This document shows, piece after piece, positions 9,661-18,984 of a DNA stretch of 27,515 bases. Each line of letters starts with the position of its first letter. Within the stretch, counting starts at the first letter, position 1. Under the pieces are notes generated by a model, which was not told the origin of the DNA, did no database searches, and worked only from the letters and a program-made list of their open reading frames with translations. Source of the DNA: Promethearchaeota archaeon (GTDB lineage Archaea; Asgardarchaeota; Lokiarchaeia; Sigyniarchaeales; SOKP01); NCBI GenBank assembly GCA_029838195.1, contig JALGVJ010000044.1:1-27515 (forward strand). Direction: 5' to 3'. The position numbers and the translations under genes are program-made.

Positions 9661-11067
9661 TTACATCTCTTCTTTTTTTATCATGTTTTTAGGATCTAAT
9701 ATTTCATCAAGATTTTTATCAAATGTTAATCCTTCTTCTAAAATTATTTCTTTAATTGTTTTTCCTTCCTCGTGAGCTTTTGTAGCTATTTCAGCACATT
9801 TATCATAACCTAAATAGGGAGTTAAATTTGTCACTAACATTAGCGTGCGTTCTAACTGTTCTTGAATCTGTTTTAGATTTGGGCGAATTCCATTTAAACA
9901 ATTTTTGAGAAAAGAACGCATGCCATTACCTAAGATTTGAATTGAATCAAGTAAATTGTAGATCATTACCGGTTTACAAATGTTTAAGTCCAAAATGCTG
10001 CCATGAATTTCAGAAGAATTAATGACCAGATCATTACCTATAACTTGAAGGCATGCTTGTATTAAGGCTTCAGATTGTGTAGGATTGATTTTTCCGGGCA
10101 TTATTGAGGATCCCGGCTCATTTGGAGGCAGTTGTAATTCTGCTAATCCTGCCCGAGGACCACTTGCCATCCATCTGATATCATTTGCCATTTTTATTAG
10201 AGAAAGTGCAAGGGATCTTAAAATACTGCTCACATGAGCAAGGGTATTATGGGAAGCTATCCCTTCTGCTTTCACGGGATTGGATTTAAGAGAAAATCCC
10301 GTAATTTTTGATAAATGAGAGATGGCTAGTTTAGGAAAATCTTCATGACAATTAATGCCCGTTCCTACGGCAGTACCTCCCAAGGGTAAAAATAATAATT
10401 CCTCTATTGCATTTTTAATTCTTCCTTCATTAATCTTGATTTGTTGCAAATAGACTTTAAATTCTAAGGAAAGGGGCATGGGTACTGCATCTTGTAAATG
10501 AGTCCTTCCCACCTTGATGATATCTTTAAATTCCTTTATTTTTCCTTCTAAGGCATCCTTTAATTCTTGAATGGAAGGAAGAAGAAACTGATGAATTGCT
10601 TTTAAAGTTGATAAATGCATTGCTGTTGGGATGACATCATTAGAGGATTGCCCTTTATTCACGTGGTCATTAGGATGCACGGGATATTTTTTACCACGTT
10701 TATGTCCTAAGAGTTCATTTGCCCTATTCGCTAAAACTTCATTCATGTTCATGTTTATTTGAGTACCCGACCCTGTTTGATAAATATCAATTGGAAATTG
10801 GTCTAAATATTTGTCATGGAATAATATTTCATTTAATGCTTCCAAAATTGCATTTCCTAATTCATTATTAATTAATCCTAATTCTAGGTTTGACATTAAG
10901 CAAGCTTTTTTAATTTCTGCCAAGGATTTGATAAAAATCACGGGAAATTTCTTTCCACTAATTTGAAAATTCAGTAAGGCTCTTTGAGTATTTATTCCAT
11001 AATAAACATCTTTAGGGACCCTTAATTCCCCTAAAACATCTTTTTCAACGCGAAATTCTTTCTTCAT
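9661..11067 (-). CDS. fumC: Class II fumarate hydratase
   Basis: Motifs QTGSGTQINMNMNEV, HPNDHVNKGQSSND, GRTHLQDA and the signature GSSIMPGKINPTQSE. An SD-like AGGTGGT lies upstream. Confidence 0.93.
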   Translation of the reverse strand: MKKEFRVEKDVLGELRVPKDVYYGINTQRALLNFQISGKKFPVIFIKSLAEIKKACLMSNLELGLINNELGNAILEALNEILFHDKYLDQFPIDIYQTGSGTQINMNMNEVLANRANELLGHKRGKKYPVHPNDHVNKGQSSNDVIPTAMHLSTLKAIHQFLLPSIQELKDALEGKIKEFKDIIKVGRTHLQDAVPMPLSLEFKVYLQQIKINEGRIKNAIEELLFLPLGGTAVGTGINCHEDFPKLAISHLSKITGFSLKSNPVKAEGIASHNTLAHVSSILRSLALSLIKMANDIRWMASGPRAGLAELQLPPNEPGSSIMPGKINPTQSEALIQACLQVIGNDLVINSSEIHGSILDLNICKPVMIYNLLDSIQILGNGMRSFLKNCLNGIRPNLKQIQEQLERTLMLVTNLTPYLGYDKCAEIATKAHEEGKTIKEIILEEGLTFDKNLDEILDPKNMIKKEEM

Positions 11068-11283
11068 TTAATTATTACCACCTTTTCTTTCTTTCATTAT
11101 TAATAATTAGAAAAAAATAAAAAAGATGCTGGTCTTCGCCAAAATGCCATATTTATTCTTATTCTAAATTAATTTCTATATAGTTTGCATCTACAAATTT
11201 CGATACGTCTATTAAGAAGATTGTTTTTAATAAGTAATTGAAAAAGTGAATTGTAAAAAAATGAGTAAATTATACAAGCCTTC

Positions 11284-12483
11284 TCACGTGTTAAGTTGGT
11301 ATTGATTCCACGTTGTTAATAAATTGGGATCTTGCATGGTTTCCATGAGATAATTAATAAATTGTTCCCCTGTTGCTCCATTGTCTCTTCCCGTGATTTC
11401 TCGCTTTCGTTCATAAATTCCGCAGATATCCAATGCCATTTCTAATTTTCTTGCTTTTTCCACGTACCCCACGTGGTTTAATAGCATGACACTAGCTCTT
11501 AATAGGCTAGAAGGGTCTGCATATTTAGCTCGCCCTTCTTCCACCATTCGGGGGGCAGATCCATGAATCGCTTCAAACATGGCATAACGTTTCCCTATAT
11601 TTGCACTACCTGCCGTTCCAACTCCTCCTTGCAACTGCGCTGCTTCGTCCGTAATGATATCGCCATAAAGATTAGGTGCTACCAATACTTTAAAATCTCG
11701 TTGTCGGGCAGAATCGATTAATTTAGCTGTCATGATATCAATATACCAATCATCCCATTCAATTTCAGGATACTCCTTGGCAACTTTTTCCGCAATTGAT
11801 AAAAATTTTCCATCCGTCGTCTTTATGACATTTGCCTTAGTGATAATGGTGATTTTATCGAGATTATTTTTTTTGGCATGCTCAAATGCCAGTCGGATTA
11901 TTCTTTCTGCTCCTTGCGTGGTTATCACCTTGAAATCAACTGCTAAATCATCCGTGACATTTATGCCTTTCGATCCTAAAATGTACGCACCTTCAGTATT
12001 TTCTCTAAAAAAAATCCAATCAATATTTTTTTCCGGAATCTTAATCGGACGAACATTTGCAAATAAATCCAATTCCCGTCGCAACGCAACATTAGCACTT
12101 TCTATGTTTGGCCATTTATCTCCTTTTCTCGGAGTAGTGGTGGGACCTTTTAATAATACATGGCAAGCTTTAATTTCGTCTAACACATCGGGGGGAATCG
12201 CCTTGCCTTGTTTAGCTCGATTTTCGATGGTTAAGCCTTCAATAACTTTAAACTCGATTGTCCCGCTTTCAAGCTCTTCTTTAAGAAGAAAACTCAGTAC
12301 TTTTCTGGCATGTTCTGATATAAATGGTCCAATACCATCTCCTCCAATGAACCCTATTTTTAAGGGTTTAAGGTGAGAATAATTGATCCAATCTCCTTCT
12401 TTTTTTAACCTATCAATGCGTTCTAATTGTTCTTCAAGGAGTTGACCAAATTTTTCTTTTGCTTTCTCTACTTCTTCCATCAA
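11284..12483 (-). CDS. Isocitrate/isopropylmalate dehydrogenase family protein (probably isocitrate dehydrogenase)
   Basis: Motifs GGDGIGP, LKGPTTTP, SANVALRRELDLFANVRP, RENTEG, NLYGDIITD and FEAIHGSAP. It is clustered with fumC and acnA. Confidence 0.88.
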   Translation of the reverse strand: MMEEVEKAKEKFGQLLEEQLERIDRLKKEGDWINYSHLKPLKIGFIGGDGIGPFISEHARKVLSFLLKEELESGTIEFKVIEGLTIENRAKQGKAIPPDVLDEIKACHVLLKGPTTTPRKGDKWPNIESANVALRRELDLFANVRPIKIPEKNIDWIFFRENTEGAYILGSKGINVTDDLAVDFKVITTQGAERIIRLAFEHAKKNNLDKITIITKANVIKTTDGKFLSIAEKVAKEYPEIEWDDWYIDIMTAKLIDSARQRDFKVLVAPNLYGDIITDEAAQLQGGVGTAGSANIGKRYAMFEAIHGSAPRMVEEGRAKYADPSSLLRASVMLLNHVGYVEKARKLEMALDICGIYERKREITGRDNGATGEQFINYLMETMQDPNLLTTWNQYQLNT

Positions 12484-12730
12484 GCAAAAACCCTCGCAAA
12501 TTTATTGTATAAGATTTATACGGCATTAAAATTTTCCATTCTTTTAACTAAAATATTTAAAAAGAGTAAATTATTAGAATATTTAAAAATTTTTGACTTT
12601 TCAAGTAAGGAGGAAATCTTAAAATAGAACATACAATCCCAGATTAGTTTTTAAAGGTTTGGGGAAACATTTAATAATTCTCATTCAACATTGATTTAAT
12701 GGAAAGAGATAGCTTGATGAGAGGAAAATC

Positions 12731-14275
12731 TTGAATATTAAATTTGAACACCGTGATAATTATTTGCTCTTTAATCGCCAGCATCTAAAAAGTTATTTAA
12801 TTGCCCTTGGAATTCTATTTGGAATCATAGGATTATATTACTTAAGTTGCTTTTTACTTTTAATTTTTTTCGGCCCCACCATCTTTTCCGAATTTTTTAA
12901 TCCTTTCAGCCCCATCCCTCTCATGGGCATGCCTCCATTTTTTAGAAGCTTCCAGATAGGTTTTCCATTTTCAATTTTTCAAGAAGGATTTGTTATCTGG
13001 CCATTTTGGAGTACTTTTGCCTTACCCTCCTTATTAGAGTGCTTAATATTCATGATAATTCTAATCGGATTCATGCTCATCTTAAAGATCCTTCAAAAAA
13101 AGAGATTAATTTCTTCAAATATCTTAGTTTTAATAATCATTGGAATTGTTCTCATCATTGCTTCGAACATGATAAAGGGGTGGAATATTGGAGTGGAGCG
13201 CACATTATTAGCTTATTCATGGAAAGACGCAACTCAGATCTCAAATGTTTTAGAATTTATCAGAAATTATGAACACGCCCAACCCGATCTGAATATTCAC
13301 GCACGATCGCATCCACCCGGCTCGCTCCTCGTAGTTTATATTTTTTATTTGCTCTTAAAAACGCCCGGAATGGCGGCTATAGGAATGTGCGTGATCTCTT
13401 CTTTATTTTCAGCTTTTTTTTTAAACAGAATCTTAAGAAGATATTTTGATATTGAACTTTCAAATTACATGACGTTTTTATATCTCTTGGTTCCCGCTGT
13501 TCAAGTGTATTATCTAGCAAATATTTACTCCATCGTAGCCACGCTCATTCTTGGGGTGTTTTATTTCTATTTTCATCCAAAACAAAATATGGGTATGATA
13601 GGCTCGATTATTTGTCTTTTTTCATGTTTTTTCATCACTTTCATGTCCGTTTTTGTTTTAGCTTGTTTATTCATTTTTGAACTATTAGATGGGAGGAATA
13701 AACAAATATTCAAGAAAGAAATAATTTTAAATAAAATTGGAATTCGTGATTTATTGATTCATTTTAGAAAAATAATCGTTCTATTTTTTTCTTTAGTAAT
13801 TAGCTATGGATTAGTATATTTGATTTTGGGCTATAATTACCTCAATTCATTCCATATTGCGATACTCTCAGAAAATCCGGAAGGATTCATCATCATTTAT
13901 AAACCAATTAAATATGGTTTCACGCGTCTAAAAGATATCATGGATATTCTAATGTTTTTTGGACCTGTTTTGTTAGTCTTGCTCGTGAAAGGTTTTAAAA
14001 GTTTAAGAAAGAAATATGCTTCCGAAAAAAGCTTCTCTTTATTATTCACTCTTCCGATAGCCGGTATCTTTGCCCTTCTTATTTTATTTGCTACTGGAGC
14101 ATACGATCATGGAGAAACCGCTCGTGCAGCAATCTTTATATATCCTTTTTTGTTAATTCCTGTTGCTTTTTACCTACAAGAAATAAATATTTCCGAAAAG
14201 GAAAAGTATAAATTACTTTTTGTAGTCTTTTTTCAGGCTATTTTGATGCAATTAATAGGAAATTTTATCTGGTAA
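12731..14275 (+). CDS. Multi-pass membrane protein, GT-C/PMT-like glycosyltransferase candidate
   Basis: About 11-13 hydrophobic segments, a loop motif HARSHPPG and C-terminal GETAR...YPFL. TTG start after GAGAGGA. Confidence 0.65.
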   Translation: MNIKFEHRDNYLLFNRQHLKSYLIALGILFGIIGLYYLSCFLLLIFFGPTIFSEFFNPFSPIPLMGMPPFFRSFQIGFPFSIFQEGFVIWPFWSTFALPSLLECLIFMIILIGFMLILKILQKKRLISSNILVLIIIGIVLIIASNMIKGWNIGVERTLLAYSWKDATQISNVLEFIRNYEHAQPDLNIHARSHPPGSLLVVYIFYLLLKTPGMAAIGMCVISSLFSAFFLNRILRRYFDIELSNYMTFLYLLVPAVQVYYLANIYSIVATLILGVFYFYFHPKQNMGMIGSIICLFSCFFITFMSVFVLACLFIFELLDGRNKQIFKKEIILNKIGIRDLLIHFRKIIVLFFSLVISYGLVYLILGYNYLNSFHIAILSENPEGFIIIYKPIKYGFTRLKDIMDILMFFGPVLLVLLVKGFKSLRKKYASEKSFSLLFTLPIAGIFALLILFATGAYDHGETARAAIFIYPFLLIPVAFYLQEINISEKEKYKLLFVVFFQAILMQLIGNFIW

Positions 14276-14570
14276 TTATTTAGATTAAATTAAAGCACGC
14301 CTTCCTTGCCATTAAAGAAATTGATAAAACAGAATTTCCCTTGAAAAAATTAATAAATTATTACTGAACAAAATGCCCCTTTATATTACATTCTTTAATT
14401 TATCTTAGTAAAACATTAATTTTTTTTAGCGTTATATTATCAAATCTGAGAGCTTTAAGAACGAATAACTCTATTATCAATCATCCTATATCATGAAATT
14501 CCATTTAACGTAGCAAAATAATATTTCTCATGAGAATTTAAATTCAATCATTTCTATTTTTAGTTAGGAA

Positions 14571-15167
14571 ATGATAATTTATAAAATAGGTCCACGGGGC
14601 GGTTTAAGCAAAATAAGGAAAGGGACGTTCAATAATGATGAGATCTTCTTGGTGGATGATTATAAGACTCTTTATTTATGGTATGGAAATAATACTTCTG
14701 AGAAAGCGAGGGAAATAGCATTTAAAAAAGCAGAAAAGTTAAGAAAAGAGCGGAAACTATCTTCTCCGATTCAAGTCAATCATCAATCGAAAGAATACGG
14801 GTCGTTTTTAGTTATTAAAGATCTTTTGGAAAAAGGAACGCCCGTGAATCAAATAAAAAAAGAACGGGGTGAATTAGAAATTCAAATAGAAGATACATTA
14901 GAATTCATGGAAGCGGGATTAGAATTAGATTTAGAGGGAATGATTACGTTGAAAGCTCACGAGCTGTTTCAGGAAGGGAAATCGTATGAAGAGCTATGTA
15001 CGCTTCTTGCTCAACTACAATTGTTTTTATTAAAAGGAAAAGCTACTGAAAAAGAGATAAGAGAAAAGGCGAGAGAAATTCTCAAATCTTCTGCGACCTA
15101 TGAGGAACTATGTTGGTTGATTTCCGAGATTAAAATTTTGTCGGAAAAAAACAAACATGAATTTTAG
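14571..15167 (+). CDS. Gelsolin-domain protein with a two-repeat helical C-terminal domain
   Basis: The N-terminus FNNDEIFLVDDYKTLYLWYG...QSKEYGSF matches the gelsolin repeat pattern. The C-terminal repeats are AHELFQEGKSYEELCTLL and AREILKSSATYEELCWLI. Confidence 0.82.
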   Translation: MIIYKIGPRGGLSKIRKGTFNNDEIFLVDDYKTLYLWYGNNTSEKAREIAFKKAEKLRKERKLSSPIQVNHQSKEYGSFLVIKDLLEKGTPVNQIKKERGELEIQIEDTLEFMEAGLELDLEGMITLKAHELFQEGKSYEELCTLLAQLQLFLLKGKATEKEIREKAREILKSSATYEELCWLISEIKILSEKNKHEF

Positions 15168-15217
15168 ACCTTTTCAAAGCAAGGACTTTTTAAGAGTTAA
15201 GAGCAAAAAGCGTGTAT

Positions 15218-16066
15218 TTAAATTCCTTTGGAAATTTTCCTCAAGATATTTTGCTTGCGTAGAGGACCAATTTCTAAATTAGGGCGCCTTTCAATGACAA
15301 GATTTAAATATTCAATCAATTTTTCGGCAAAATAATTAAATGAAAAATGAAAATCTTCATTTCGGTTATAATATTCTCTCAAAAATAGATTAATAAGCTC
15401 GATTTTATGGTAGGGTTCAGGGATCTCAAAAATTCCGGGCGAGGTGTCCAATAACGAGCAACAAATCCATGCAAGGTCTTCAATATGATTTCCTACATGC
15501 GCTTCTTCAAAATCCACGCCATAGATGGTATTTCGTTTTTCATTGAAAATGAAATCCCTTAATCGGGTATCGCCTTTATTTAAAACTAAAATTTCAGAAA
15601 TGTTGCGTTTTTCAATTAAATTTATCGCATGAAAAGTAGCCATCCAGCCAGCGAGATTTTTTACTGCACGTATTACATTATCTTTCACTTCTTGATTCAA
15701 ATCATTTAGTTGGTTAGCCTCAACTAGAATGCCGTTAATGAAATCGCATAAATTTACCCCTTCCACTTTTTCTAAAAGGAGATAGGGATCTTCGTGATAT
15801 AGAATTTTAGGAACTAATAGATTCTGAGTGTGCAATTTCTTTAAAATATCATGTTCATTTTTGGAGTAGCCGGTTCTAAACAGTTTTATTATCAAGTTTT
15901 TGGGCGCGTTTTTTGGTTTTTTTTCAAAATTAATTTCATATACTAAATTTTTTCTGCTTTTTAATTGAGTAATGGAAAAAGAAAATTGACTTTCTTGAAG
16001 TTCTGGAATATAAGTGGCTAAATCATTAACAATTTGGTTTTTAATTCTACGTAAATTCATGTTCAT
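15218..16066 (-). CDS. Protein-kinase-like phosphotransferase (APH/RIO/Bud32-like fold)
   Basis: SRKNLVY, IIKLF (catalytic Lys), NE helix, VPKIL, LLLEKVEG hinge, KGDTRLRD loop, GVDFE and EDLA. Confidence 0.8.
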   Translation of the reverse strand: MNMNLRRIKNQIVNDLATYIPELQESQFSFSITQLKSRKNLVYEINFEKKPKNAPKNLIIKLFRTGYSKNEHDILKKLHTQNLLVPKILYHEDPYLLLEKVEGVNLCDFINGILVEANQLNDLNQEVKDNVIRAVKNLAGWMATFHAINLIEKRNISEILVLNKGDTRLRDFIFNEKRNTIYGVDFEEAHVGNHIEDLAWICCSLLDTSPGIFEIPEPYHKIELINLFLREYYNRNEDFHFSFNYFAEKLIEYLNLVIERRPNLEIGPLRKQNILRKISKGI

Positions 16067-16335
16067 GTAAATTGTAACCCTTTAAGATGAGGAAACTGAG
16101 ACCTTTAATTTATTTTTCTAATATATTTATATCACATGAGATTTTTTAGTTAACTTTTTTCATTTCTAATAAGATCGGGGAAGGAGGAAAGGAGCTCATA
16201 ACAAGAGTATATAATCGTTTAAACATCTCAGATTTTTCCTTGAACATGTTCGTAAAAAGAGTTATTTCTTTTCAAAATATAAAAATAATAAATATAAAGA
16301 ATAAAAATATAAGAGTAATGAGGAAGGGATAAATA

Positions 16336-17205
16336 ATGTACACATTAGGGATATTTTACGGAATTGAAGAAGATGTGGAAGATTTAACCAAAAAATTTGT
16401 TGGCCATTTAATTAATGATGAAAAATTTTGTACTGCATGTGAAAATCTTGAACAAAATGTGAAATGTGATCATTGCCGTGAAACCTTAAAAAGCCAAGCA
16501 AATTCCATATATTTTTATGAAAAAATAGGAGAAAACGTTCCTAACTTTATAGAAGAACCCGAACAATTTTTACCTAAAAATATTCCCACCGTGGATTTTT
16601 TACTCGTCGTCGGAATTCATCAAGATCTTCTCATGGGCCTCCCCGAATATCTTAAGAAGAGAGAGATTAAAGCTGTTGTTGTTCCTGTTGAGAATCCTAA
16701 TTGGGTACCTCCAGGATTACAAGTTCAAGTCTTAGAAGAATTTGAAAAAGTTGGCATTCAAGCTGCTTTTCCCAAGCCCTTCTGTTCATTGAGCACTACT
16801 ATAAATGAATATAATCAAGTAGGATTCCATCTTACTAAACAACATGATTTGATCCACGAGTTCATCAAATATTTTAAAATTGGCGAACCGATCGTGTCTT
16901 TTTTACTGAGTAAAGATAAAAAGAGCATAGAAGATACGTGCGTGATTCAGAGCGCACCATGTGGCTCTACTTACTATATTGTACAACAATTAAAAGCAAA
17001 ATGGATCGATAATCAAGATATGAGCTTAAATGAGAGAATTAGCAAGGCTCATCATTCTTATCCTTGCAATGCTTCCATGAATCAAGATCCTATATTAAAA
17101 GATTCGATTCTTCACGTGGGAGGATACATGATACGAAATGCCATAAGAAAAGAATTAGGCCTTGATATTGAAGAATCTACTAAATTAAATTATATTATTA
17201 AATAA
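16336..17205 (+). CDS. DUF166 family protein
   Basis: Motifs PKPFCSL, SAPCGST and HHSYPCNASM...DSILH, plus an N-terminal CxxC-x7-CxxC. Confidence 0.75.
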   Translation: MYTLGIFYGIEEDVEDLTKKFVGHLINDEKFCTACENLEQNVKCDHCRETLKSQANSIYFYEKIGENVPNFIEEPEQFLPKNIPTVDFLLVVGIHQDLLMGLPEYLKKREIKAVVVPVENPNWVPPGLQVQVLEEFEKVGIQAAFPKPFCSLSTTINEYNQVGFHLTKQHDLIHEFIKYFKIGEPIVSFLLSKDKKSIEDTCVIQSAPCGSTYYIVQQLKAKWIDNQDMSLNERISKAHHSYPCNASMNQDPILKDSILHVGGYMIRNAIRKELGLDIEESTKLNYIIK

Positions 17206-17434
17206 TTTTTTCCTAAGCTTCCTCATTTTTCTAAGCTAATCATGCTTTCAAAATTATTATAAATGAAATCTATTATTAATAAATGTTTTTTTAATAGCTA
17301 GTTTTTCTATATAATTATCTTCTTATTCGTTCGATGATTTTAAATTCTTAAAAGTTTTTTGGTTTTGATGCATTCTTTAATGTAAATCAAATTAATTAGT
17401 TTCCTCATGAGAAACAATATCTCATTTCTGCCTC

Positions 17435-17519
17435 GCGGGAATTGCCGAGTTTGGCCAAAGGCGCTGGACTCAGAATCCAGTCCCGAAGGGGTTCGGGAGT
17501 TCGAATCTCCCTTCCCGCA
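17435..17519 (+). tRNA. tRNA-Leu (anticodon CAG), no intron, CCA not encoded
   Basis: Acceptor stem GCGGGAA/TTCCCGC with discriminator A. D arm GCC...GGC, anticodon stem CTGGA/TCCAG with loop CTCAGAA, long variable arm CCCGAAGGG, T arm GGGAG-TTCGAAT-CTCCC. Confidence 0.97.
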
Positions 17520-17722
17520 TGCTTTTCTCTGTTAAAAAAATAGTTAAGTAATTTTCTCATTTTATTCAAGAAAAAGATTTAAAAAACCATGAGATATATT
17601 ATTCAATAGAAACCAAAATTTAATACCTAAAGATTTTAATAGAATTCCCATTCTTTATAATTTATAAAAACGTATTTCTAACTAGAGAATAAATGGAAGA
17701 TTTCATTTAATGGAGTATTCCC

Positions 17723-18475
17723 ATGAGTAAAAATGATCAAGCTTCAGAGGAAGAAAAAAGTGCGCAAGAAAAAGAGAAGATCACGGGATTAATCACGCCC
17801 GAAAAAGAAGTAGAAAAAATGCTTGTTTTTCAATTCAATGACCAAAGAGATGAATTTCAGGAACTCGAATTTAAAGAAGACATGCCCTTATATGAACTTT
17901 TTGACCCCGAATTCATTCTGCTATTTATAGATCCAAAAAGATACAGGGTGTGGATTTGGCATGGAAGCAATACCACCACGCGGGCTAAATTTGTTGCGGC
18001 TAAATTAGCACCAAAAATAAGAGATAGGTTTGGAATTGCCTATAAAATTACGACTGTTGATGAGGGAGATGAAACGTTAGGTTTCAAGATTGCTGTTGGT
18101 TTAGAAGAAGAAATGGATTACGAACAAATAGAAAAGGGACCTACCTACATAGGAACAGAAGAAGACCTTGAATTGCTCGAAGAATTGTCACGAGAAAAAA
18201 TTTTATTGCTTTTAGAAAAAATGGGCGTTCCGGAAGGGTATGAAAGAAAGTTAGTTATCGTGAAAAATAAAATATTTCGATATCGAGAATATAATCGAAC
18301 GTACATGGGAGAAGTCATAAAAGAAAAGCAACTATTTGAATTAGAAGAAGATGTAGAAGATGGACCTTATTTAGCTAAAGGATTAACCCCCCGAATGCTA
18401 TTTTCCTTTAATAAAATTGTTCTTACGGAACTTTTAAAAAAAGTTGATGAAGAAGATAAAATAGAACCCCAATAG
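17723..18475 (+). CDS. Gelsolin-like domain protein with an acidic linker and an uncharacterised C-terminal domain
   Basis: ILLFIDPKRYRVWIWHGSNTTTRAKF...TVDEGDETLGF fits a gelsolin repeat. The C-terminal domain runs PEGYER...PRMLF...ELLKK. Confidence 0.75.
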   Translation: MSKNDQASEEEKSAQEKEKITGLITPEKEVEKMLVFQFNDQRDEFQELEFKEDMPLYELFDPEFILLFIDPKRYRVWIWHGSNTTTRAKFVAAKLAPKIRDRFGIAYKITTVDEGDETLGFKIAVGLEEEMDYEQIEKGPTYIGTEEDLELLEELSREKILLLLEKMGVPEGYERKLVIVKNKIFRYREYNRTYMGEVIKEKQLFELEEDVEDGPYLAKGLTPRMLFSFNKIVLTELLKKVDEEDKIEPQ

Positions 18476-18481
18476 AGTCCG

Positions 18482-18508
18482 AAATTATTATTTTTTAAAT
18501 AATAATTT
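18482..18508. terminator. AT-only 12-bp inverted repeat between convergent genes
   Basis: AAATTATTATTT-ttt-AAATAATAATTT. A terminator role is inferred from position only. Confidence 0.3.
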
Positions 18509-18593
18509 TAAGCTTGATCGGAGAGTTCATTTTGGATTTGATGGCACGCGGACAAAGCTCAGTTTCAAGGTTATATTGATAATATCTCTAAAA

Positions 18594-18896
18594 CTATCCC
18601 TTAGAATATTTTTCAAGAATGTAATTTTGTAAGGACCACGTATATTTTTCTAAATTTAAAATTAAAATCTTTTGTTGAAGTTCTCGCAAATATGAGACCT
18701 CTAATCGATCGAATTGTTCTTTTAACTCATCAATGAGACGAAAAATTTCAACAATGGTACTCCAATCTCTTGCCCAATCATCATCTTGCATTTCCATTGA
18801 TTCCATCTCTTTCTGTTCCTCTTTTTGGCTGTTCGAATTTTTATTCATCAAGAAATATAATAAAAACTGGATTAATAAATCTTTAGAATCCTTCAA
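18594..18896 (-). CDS. Hypothetical helical protein (true start possibly the ATG at 18848)
   Basis: The C-terminal part looks coding (DDDWARDWSTIVEIF...LEKYTWSLQNYILEKY). The annotated TTG start is doubtful. Confidence 0.7.
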   Translation of the reverse strand: MKDSKDLLIQFLLYFLMNKNSNSQKEEQKEMESMEMQDDDWARDWSTIVEIFRLIDELKEQFDRLEVSYLRELQQKILILNLEKYTWSLQNYILEKYSKG

Positions 18897-18984
18897 TTTA
18901 TTAGAACTTAAAAGAAAATTAAACCATGAATAATGGAGAGATGATTAAAAGAAAAAAAAAATAGTTAAATGGATGAGGAGGGAT

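Noticed and set aside
11100-11150. 16-codon minus-strand uORF (MAFWRRPASFLFFSNY) before fumC
   Set aside because: Its composition has no link to the pathway and there is no associated structure, so it is compatible with chance.
11732-12376. 214-aa + strand ORF
   Set aside because: Antisense shadow of the dehydrogenase gene with no recognisable motifs.
17435-17519. Possible tRNA-Sec (TCA occurs in the anticodon loop)
   Set aside because: The stem register places CAG at 34-36. The 7-bp acceptor stem, A73 and variable arm are Leu-type.
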